Positions 57,430 to 64,000 of a stretch of DNA of 64,000 nt are shown here, one piece after another. Below the pieces are notes generated by a model. The model saw nothing but the letters and a program-made list of their open reading frames with translations, did not search any database and was not told where the DNA came from. The translations under genes were made by a program, and so were the position numbers. Each line of letters starts with the position of its first letter. The first letter of the stretch is position 1. This stretch comes from Gemmatimonadota bacterium (lineage in GTDB: Bacteria; Gemmatimonadota; Gemmatimonadetes; Gemmatimonadales; GWC2-71-9). The DNA is taken from contig JAZDCZ010000123.1 of the NCBI GenBank assembly GCA_036679605.1, positions 34,571 through 98,570 of the forward strand, written 5' to 3'.

Positions 57430-58746
57430 CTAACGCTTCGTAGCCGTCAACGAACCGAGCGAAGATGCCCCAAGCCCAGAAACCTCCTCCACCACGATGC
57501 TGAACGGAACTCCCTCCATATGTAATGCCCGTAATTCTATCGAGACTATTGAGGGTAAAGTCATTCGTGCCGTTCTCTGTTCGGTCGGCTGCAGCACCAA
57601 AGCGTTCAGCGAATCAGATGAGAAAGTACCATCTAGGCTCCTCTTCTCGATTTGCCATGACTCCCAAAAATCCGCAGCGGCATCCGATTTGATCAACCGC
57701 AGCCAGTCACCTTCCAAGAATGCCGAGAATTCAGTACTGTCGACCGAACGGGCCAGGTAGACCGTTAGGGCGGCGTCGATCAATACACCCTGGAGACGAC
57801 CCGTAAGCTGATAGACACCCTCGCGCGGATCGTCGAAGTCTGCTGTGGTGAGAACCGTCGTCGACTGGGCCGCCAAGCTGCCGAAAACACCAATCCCTCC
57901 GGTCAGCCTATTGACGAACCCCCGACCGGTAAACTGACTGCTCCGCGACCGAGTGAAGTCGAAGAAATTCAAGTCCGTGAGTGCCACAGTAAGCACGTAG
58001 CGGCGCCCACCACGAAACACATCCTCTCCGTCGCCCGGCTCGAAGAGATCTATGAGATCTCCCGGCAACGCCACCGCAGTCGTGTCGGCCAGAATCTTGA
58101 CACCCTCATCGAGATCCTCGCCGAACACCCTGTCCAGGTCGCCCGTTCTCAGCACCTCAACCTGAAGGAGCCTGCCAGCCGACGCCTGCACCGTCACTCT
58201 CAACGTATCACGGTCGCGGTTAAACTCCGTAGTATCACCATTGTCGAACACCACAGATTCGCTACCCACCACCATAGACGCACCGTCCATGCCCGGTACC
58301 TCCGTAGTGCCCGTCACCACCTCGCCGTCCGGTGTCTCTACTCTCAACATAAGGCGGTCGCCGGGGCGCATCGTGGGGCATGACGGCGGCCCCCAGTATA
58401 CTCCAGGCAGCGTCGCCAGACCGACTGTCTCGGGCTCGTTCGGAAAGTCGACTGTGCTGCCGCAAGGGTCGTTCACCAGGTCCGAGTTCGACACCTGAAC
58501 CAACGCACCTTCGATTGGAATTCGCGGAAAACCATCTGTCGGAATGTCGCCAATCTCGAAGTCGGCCGGATCCACGGCTCCGGTGAACGACCGTTCGACC
58601 ACGACAAATTGTTGATCGAGATCCGGACGCATCACGGCCTGCACCACCACCGTTGGCTCACCTACGGGAACGACTACCTCTTTGAGATCGCACGCCAACA
58701 AGAGAGGGGCGCAAACTGGGAGGATATAAATGGATCGCATCCGCAT
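57430..58746 (-). CDS. Lipoprotein (DUF4249-like)
   Basis: Lipobox LLAC; VVVQAV, PG..L.LRVETPDG, GGIGVFGS. Confidence 0.55.
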   Translation of the reverse strand: MRMRSIYILPVCAPLLLACDLKEVVVPVGEPTVVVQAVMRPDLDQQFVVVERSFTGAVDPADFEIGDIPTDGFPRIPIEGALVQVSNSDLVNDPCGSTVDFPNEPETVGLATLPGVYWGPPSCPTMRPGDRLMLRVETPDGEVVTGTTEVPGMDGASMVVGSESVVFDNGDTTEFNRDRDTLRVTVQASAGRLLQVEVLRTGDLDRVFGEDLDEGVKILADTTAVALPGDLIDLFEPGDGEDVFRGGRRYVLTVALTDLNFFDFTRSRSSQFTGRGFVNRLTGGIGVFGSLAAQSTTVLTTADFDDPREGVYQLTGRLQGVLIDAALTVYLARSVDSTEFSAFLEGDWLRLIKSDAAADFWESWQIEKRSLDGTFSSDSLNALVLQPTEQRTARMTLPSIVSIELRALHMEGVPFSIVVEEVSGLGASSLGSLTATKR

Positions 58747-58776
58747 ATCACAAGGTACTACCTAAGCCGGCTGATA

Positions 58777-61413
58777 TTAGGGCGCCCGCCCAACCGTCCC
58801 GCGGCGCAGTGCCTCGAACCAGTTCAACGCGACAATCATCCTCGTCTCGCCTTGCCCGCTTCGCACCATCACGAACCGGTCACCGTCGGGATGTATGTCG
58901 TAATTGGTGTGCATGGGGTTGGGCACGTACTGGCCGCTCACGGCCACCTCGGGGTTGCCAAATCTGAACGTCGAATCGGTTTGCACCGCGACTACGAGGA
59001 TCTCGTTGCCCGAACGATAGAAGAGTTCATCGCCGCGGCGAGACCAGAGAGGCTCGGTTCCACCGGTGGTCGTTACCGGCCAGCGACTGTTGCCGTCGGG
59101 AAACGTTCGAACGTAGATCTCCGAGCGCCCCGACTCGTCAGACACATAGGCGAGGAACCGTCCGTCCGGAGATATCTTCGGAGCGCGTTCTTCGGCCGAG
59201 GTCTGTACCAACGGTGTCGGACTAGCATCCCCATCGAGTGGGAGCAACCAAATGTCCCGGCCTGTCTTGCCGCTGTTCTGCCTGTAGACCAAACTGCGGC
59301 CGTCGGGTGCCCAGGAAGCGCCCCACTGGGGCTGGTCGTCATCGAGCAGTCGTTCAGCTACATCACTGCCATCCGCGCGCTTCCATACCAAATCGGCGTT
59401 GCCGGCCGGATTCGAAACGAACGACACCCGCCGCCCATCCGGCGTCCATTCCGGATAGAAGTTGCTACCATCGAACGTCAACTTGGTGAGCTTGCTTTCA
59501 TCGAAATCGTATCGCCAAATGTTGAACCCATTGTCCGCAATTCTGACGACGACGCTCCGCCCGTCTGGCGAGAACCGGGGCCCGTCGTAGGCACGCCGAC
59601 CCATGATTTGCCGTTCACCACCTTGCCGATCGACCAACACGAGTGCGCGCTCGGAATCGTCGCCGGACAAGTAAACCAGCGTTCCGTTCCGGGAGAGTCC
59701 GAACTCAGCGACAGAGCCGGGAACGTTGACGTCATATATACGGCCAACGTTCACGCCTTCCAGAATGGGCACACCTCGGCCAGTGATAGCGCGTTGCTTC
59801 AGGTCGAACGGAGCCGCCCGTAGCGTGCCGTCCGACGCAACGTACACGAGGTGACCCGTTGCCGCATAAAGCGGGTTGGTACCTTCGATAAGGTAGTGGA
59901 TGTCGCCGCTCTCGAGATCGACCACACCGATCTGAGACTCGCCCACTCGTTCGTTCCACGCCGTGAACAAGGCCGAACGCTCGTCGGGCAGTACGAAAGG
60001 CATTCCATGATAGGTCTCCCCAATCGCCGTATCGGCCCGCGTCAAGATCTCCGGTTCACCTCCTTGTGCGGAAACCTTGGATAGTCCGGGTCGTCCGACC
60101 GGGCTGAACACGATGGTGTCGTCCGTGCGCCAACTCGCGCCGGTGAACGTCCCTGGCGTTATGGTAACGAACGGCCCACCATCCAACGAGATCTTCCGCA
60201 TCTCGCGTTTCGCCGAGAACCCTACCCACCGGCCGTCGGGCGAAAAGAAAGGAAATGCGGCATCTTCGGTTCCCGGTACGAGCCGAGCCCGGAGTTCGCC
60301 GATGGGTCTGGCGTAGAGTTGGCGACCTTCCGGACTCACTCCGACATAGACGATCGTGGCGCCGTCGGGGGAAATAGCGACCATGTTCCCCGGGGCTTCT
60401 GCTACCTGCTGGCTAGCTAGGATCGGCATGATGAACGTCGCAAGCGGATGTCGCGTCTCGCGCGACACTGGTCGCAACCATCCCCATAAGGCAACCGCTG
60501 TGAGCACGGCAACCAACGGCCAGAGTACACGAGCACTAGAGACCTTCGGCGTGTGCGTAGCCGTCACTGCCCAAACAGAGCCCGGCGATGTGAGCGCCCC
60601 TGCGAACTCCGCGGCGTCACGGAATCGATCTGCGGGAAGCTTTGAAAGCGCCTTGTGTATTGCGCCTTCCACATGCGGTGGCACTGAGCGTCGATCAGAC
60701 GTCACGAGCGCCGGCTCCTCCGTCAGGATCTTCGCGACCACCGCTTGGGCCGACGCCGCTGTGAACGGAGGTTGCCCTACCAACATCTCGTAGAGGGTCA
60801 CGCCGAGCGAGTACACGTCGCTCCGTCCGTCCAATTCCCGATCTGCTGACGCCTGTTCGGGACTCATGTAGTGTGGCGTGCCCACCGAGAGCCCGGTCTC
60901 GGTCAGCCGCGTCCCTGCGGCAGCACTGATAGCTAGAGCAATTCCGAAATCCGCAACCAGTGGCTCGCCGTCATGGACGAGAATGTTTTCCGGCTTGATG
61001 TCACGGTGAATTACCTCGTGCCGGTGCGCGTAATCCAAGGCACTCGCCACCGCCTTGGTGATCTCAATGCTCTCCTCAATGGCGAGCTGCTTCTCACGGT
61101 TCAGCTTGTCGCGCAGCGATTCGCCCTCGACATACGGCATCACATAGTAGAGGAAAGAATCAGCTCTACCCGAATCGAACAGCGCCAGGATATGGGGGTG
61201 CTGCAGGTTGGCCGTGACCTTGATCTCGTTCAAGAAGCGGTCGCCGCCGATCACGGCCGCTAGTTCCGGTCGCAAGACTTTGACCGCGACCTTGCGATCG
61301 TGTTTGATGTCGTGCGCGAGGTAGACCGTGGCCATACCGCCGGCGCCGAGTTCCCTCTCAATGGTGTAGCGTTCGGCCAGGGCGGCCGTCAGGCGGTCGA
61401 CGTGGTCAGTCAT
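58777..61413 (-). CDS. Hanks-type Ser/Thr kinase with TolB/PD40 beta-propeller
   Basis: GAGGMATVY, HRDIKPEN, TM helix, repeated SPDG motifs. Confidence 0.93.
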   Translation of the reverse strand: MTDHVDRLTAALAERYTIERELGAGGMATVYLAHDIKHDRKVAVKVLRPELAAVIGGDRFLNEIKVTANLQHPHILALFDSGRADSFLYYVMPYVEGESLRDKLNREKQLAIEESIEITKAVASALDYAHRHEVIHRDIKPENILVHDGEPLVADFGIALAISAAAGTRLTETGLSVGTPHYMSPEQASADRELDGRSDVYSLGVTLYEMLVGQPPFTAASAQAVVAKILTEEPALVTSDRRSVPPHVEGAIHKALSKLPADRFRDAAEFAGALTSPGSVWAVTATHTPKVSSARVLWPLVAVLTAVALWGWLRPVSRETRHPLATFIMPILASQQVAEAPGNMVAISPDGATIVYVGVSPEGRQLYARPIGELRARLVPGTEDAAFPFFSPDGRWVGFSAKREMRKISLDGGPFVTITPGTFTGASWRTDDTIVFSPVGRPGLSKVSAQGGEPEILTRADTAIGETYHGMPFVLPDERSALFTAWNERVGESQIGVVDLESGDIHYLIEGTNPLYAATGHLVYVASDGTLRAAPFDLKQRAITGRGVPILEGVNVGRIYDVNVPGSVAEFGLSRNGTLVYLSGDDSERALVLVDRQGGERQIMGRRAYDGPRFSPDGRSVVVRIADNGFNIWRYDFDESKLTKLTFDGSNFYPEWTPDGRRVSFVSNPAGNADLVWKRADGSDVAERLLDDDQPQWGASWAPDGRSLVYRQNSGKTGRDIWLLPLDGDASPTPLVQTSAEERAPKISPDGRFLAYVSDESGRSEIYVRTFPDGNSRWPVTTTGGTEPLWSRRGDELFYRSGNEILVVAVQTDSTFRFGNPEVAVSGQYVPNPMHTNYDIHPDGDRFVMVRSGQGETRMIVALNWFEALRRGTVGRAP

Positions 61414-61434
61414 CGCGGCCTAAGATACTGCTTC

Positions 61435-61995
61435 TTAGGGAATCCATTTGATCATGGTGTACGAACCTTGGAAGCCCTGGTTGCGAGCGTTAGACACCGG
61501 CACCGAGCGAAGGACCCCCGTGGACCCTTCAAAAGTCGCTCGCTCCGATATCGTTATTATTGCGTCGGCCCCCAACGAATCCGCAACGGCTCGGACCATG
61601 TCTCGCCAGCAGCCCTCACCGCACTGGGCAGTGACCGAGTAGGCCTTTCCCGCACACACGGTTGTCGATGATACAACACCGGAAATGGTTTCACAGTCCG
61701 TTTCCTTTTCCTTCACTTTGAGAGGGGTTTCAGTATGCCGCCAATATAGGATTCCTATTGTGTCGTGCGCTGCAGTCGGAGCTTCTCGGAACACTCGGAC
61801 CCGGCGGCCCCGGTCAGCCCACCCTACAGGCGATTCCCTACTCTCACCACTCGCGACAAGCTGCCGCTGGCTGCCCTCCTGCCCGCCGGTGTCAATCGTC
61901 CACGAACGGGTGTAAGGTGACTTGGCCGCACACGCGATACACAGGACCAACGGTAGAACGACTAGCAATGCTCTTAAAACCACTTTCGACAGCAT
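61435..61995 (-). CDS. Hypothetical lipoprotein
   Basis: ATG 61995 with GGAGG RBS; lipobox-like CIAC; ADSLGADAIII. Confidence 0.5.
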   Translation of the reverse strand: MLSKVVLRALLVVLPLVLCIACAAKSPYTRSWTIDTGGQEGSQRQLVASGESRESPVGWADRGRRVRVFREAPTAAHDTIGILYWRHTETPLKVKEKETDCETISGVVSSTTVCAGKAYSVTAQCGEGCWRDMVRAVADSLGADAIITISERATFEGSTGVLRSVPVSNARNQGFQGSYTMIKWIP

Positions 61996-62718
61996 CGGAC
62001 AACTCCTCCAAACGACAATACAGTGTACAAAGGTCGTCAACGGCTGGTTGACCACTACGGGCTAAAAGATCGCAGAAGGCACCGTCGTGCGCCAGCCAGC
62101 CACTTGATGCAGCTCACATGCCGTAATAATTGGTGGGATATTGTGGTCTGGGACCGCTCTCGGGAAAAGGATCGGGGAACTGGACGGCCACGATCGCCAA
62201 TCCATGCGGGGTCTACCGGACTTGAAGTACGACGCTGGTGCCGGAAGAAGTGTTCACGGTCCATGTATCCGCAATAGCCGGCAGGTTTGTCGTCGCAAAA
62301 CTACCGGAGACCGACGATCCCGTAATCACCGTGAAATCGTTGCCAATTGCCGGTACAAATGAACCCGTAAGGGTGACGTTCAAAGTACCATCGAGAGTCA
62401 CGGTTCCCGATACCAACAGCCTGAAATAATTGGCTCCGGCTGATGTGCCACCGAGGTTGAAGTCCAGGCTCCCGCTGTTTGTCAGGTTCCCTGTGATGGT
62501 GAGGTCGCGGTCAACCGGTGTGATCGTGCCTAGAGCCTGGTTATCGACGTTACCGTTTATGACACGAGGACCGGCACGAGCACCAATAGTAGATCGAATA
62601 GTACCCGTGTTGACCAGCGTGCCGTTGGGAATGCTGAGCGTACTAGTCCAACTGGCGGCATTGCTAAAGTTGGTAATCGTGATCGTGCCCGCATTGCTCA
62701 GTCCGGTAGCAGAAGCAA

Positions 62719-62802
62719 GCGTAAGATTGCCGTTGTTCAACACCTCTAGCAGGAACGTCCGCGTAAGATTGCCGTTGTTCAACACCTCTAGCAGGAACGT
62801 CC
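62719..62802. repeat. Perfect 42-bp tandem duplication (in frame)
   Basis: gcgtaagattgccgttgttcaacacctctagcaggaacgtcc at 62719-62760 and 62761-62802. Confidence 0.9.
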
Positions 62803-63125
62803 CCGTATTGGTGAACGCACCGTTAAACGCGCCGCTCGCATTGGCTTCCCGAGCCCGCAGCACTCCCTGATTGATAAATGCTGTGCCTATCACATCCTGA
62901 CGAACAAATACCGTGTCAGCATTGGTAAACGTGCCAGGACCACTGATCGTAGTCACGTTAACAAAGGCGATATTGAACGCAGGAGCACCCGCCGGAAGCG
63001 TGAAGTTACTGGCCAGAGTCAGATTGTTCAGCACGTTGATGCGACCCGTGGTGGTGGGCACGAAACTAGTCCCCGTACCCAAAATCGTGGTCGTCCCGGC
63101 GTTGAGACTGAGCACAAAACCGTTG

Positions 63126-63183
63126 GCGACACTGAACACACCGCTGGCATCAGCGCGACACTGAACACACCGCTGGCATCAGC
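63126..63183. repeat. Perfect 29-bp tandem duplication (frameshifting)
   Basis: gcgacactgaacacaccgctggcatcagc at 63126-63154 and 63155-63183. Confidence 0.9.
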
Positions 63184-64000
63184 GGTGAGTGTACCCGAAC
63201 CACTGTAATTGAGGCCGTGATCTACTACGGCAATCGTCCCCTGGTTATCGACATTACCATTTATGGTCCGGGTACCGGCACGCGCACCGGTGGTGGACCG
63301 AATAGTACCAGTGTTGACCAAAGTGCCGTTGGGAATGCTCAGCGTACTGCTCCAGCTGGCGGCATTGCTAAAGTTGGTAATCGTGATCGTGCCCGCATTG
63401 CTCAGCCCGGTAGCAGAAGCAAGCGTAAGAGTGCCGTTGTTCAACACCTCTAGCAGGACCGTCCCCGACCCCGTATTGGTGAACGCACCGTTAAACGCGC
63501 CGCTCGCATTGGCTTCCCGAGCCCGCAGCACTCCCTGATTGATAAATGCTGTGCCTATCACATCCTGGCGAGTAAATACCGTGTCAGCATTGGTAAACGT
63601 GCCAGGACCGCTGATCGTAGTCACGTTGGCAAAGGCGATATTGAACGCCGGAGCACCCGCCGGAAGCGTGAAGTTGCTGGCAAGAGTCAGATTATTCAGC
63701 ACGTTGACACGGCCCGTGGTGGTGGGCACGAAACTGGTGCCCGTGCCGAGGATCGTTGTGGTCCCGGCGTCGAGACTGAGCACAAAACCATCAGCAACAC
63801 TGAACACGCCGCTGGCATCAGCTGTGAGTGTGCCCGAACCGCTGTAACTGAGATTTTGGCTCACTACGGCAATCGTACCCTGGTTATCGACGTTACCATT
63901 TATGACACGAGGACCGGCACGAGCACCAATAGTAGATCGAATAGTACCCGTGTTGACCAGTGTGCCGTTGGGAATGCTGAGCGTACTGCTCCAACTGGCG

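Larger units (their letters stand above)
62213..64000 (-). pseudogene. 3' part of a large beta-helix repeat surface protein, frameshifted as assembled
   Basis: Frame is open from the window edge; ~213-aa (639-bp) repeats; frame broken by a 29-bp tandem duplication; ends with an autotransporter-passenger-like tail (LDFNLGG...VTLDGTLNV). May be an intact gene if the duplication is an assembly error. Confidence 0.6.

Noticed and set aside
58609..59823. 404-aa plus-strand ORF
   Set aside because: Antisense shadow of the PD40 kinase; long shadows are common at this GC content.
62719..63183. CRISPR-like repeats
   Set aside because: Two unrelated tandem duplications with no spacers, inside a coding region, and no cas genes.

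Overview
A gene-dense bacterial window with moderately high GC. Three Hanks-type Ser/Thr kinases, two of them starting like 'L.ERY...RE.G.GGMATVYLA.D.KH.R.VA.KVL', suggest Gemmatimonadota; this is an inference, not a classification. The left ~36 kb is a respiratory/electron-transfer island, almost entirely on the minus strand. It contains: (i) a ~19-kb cluster of three outer-membrane beta-barrels (two with an N-terminal heme c, one carrying the Cyc2 signature), a lipoprotein with four cupredoxin domains, four further cupredoxin-like proteins, several c-type cytochromes, an uncharacterised 849-aa secreted protein with a C-terminal cytochrome c, and a CydA-like (Nitrospira/anammox 'bd-like') oxidase subunit without CydB; (ii) an NtrC-type two-component system; (iii) a Mo-bisPGD oxidoreductase fused to an IscS cysteine desulfurase; (iv) an FNR-like regulator with a duplicated FNR-box promoter; (v) an A1-type heme-copper oxidase operon whose subunit I has lost the K-channel residues. 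Six intergenic regions across the island share 11-bp-period direct repeats. The right part is more ordinary: kinases, NDH-2, an SSS transporter, a form II coxSLM-like Mo-hydroxylase with xdhC/mocA/coxG, a higBA-like toxin-antitoxin pair, an acetamidase, mddA, and the 3' end of a large repeat adhesin gene broken by a 29-bp tandem duplication. No rRNA, tRNA, CRISPR array or transposase was recognised. All family calls come from motif recognition by eye; no searches were run.
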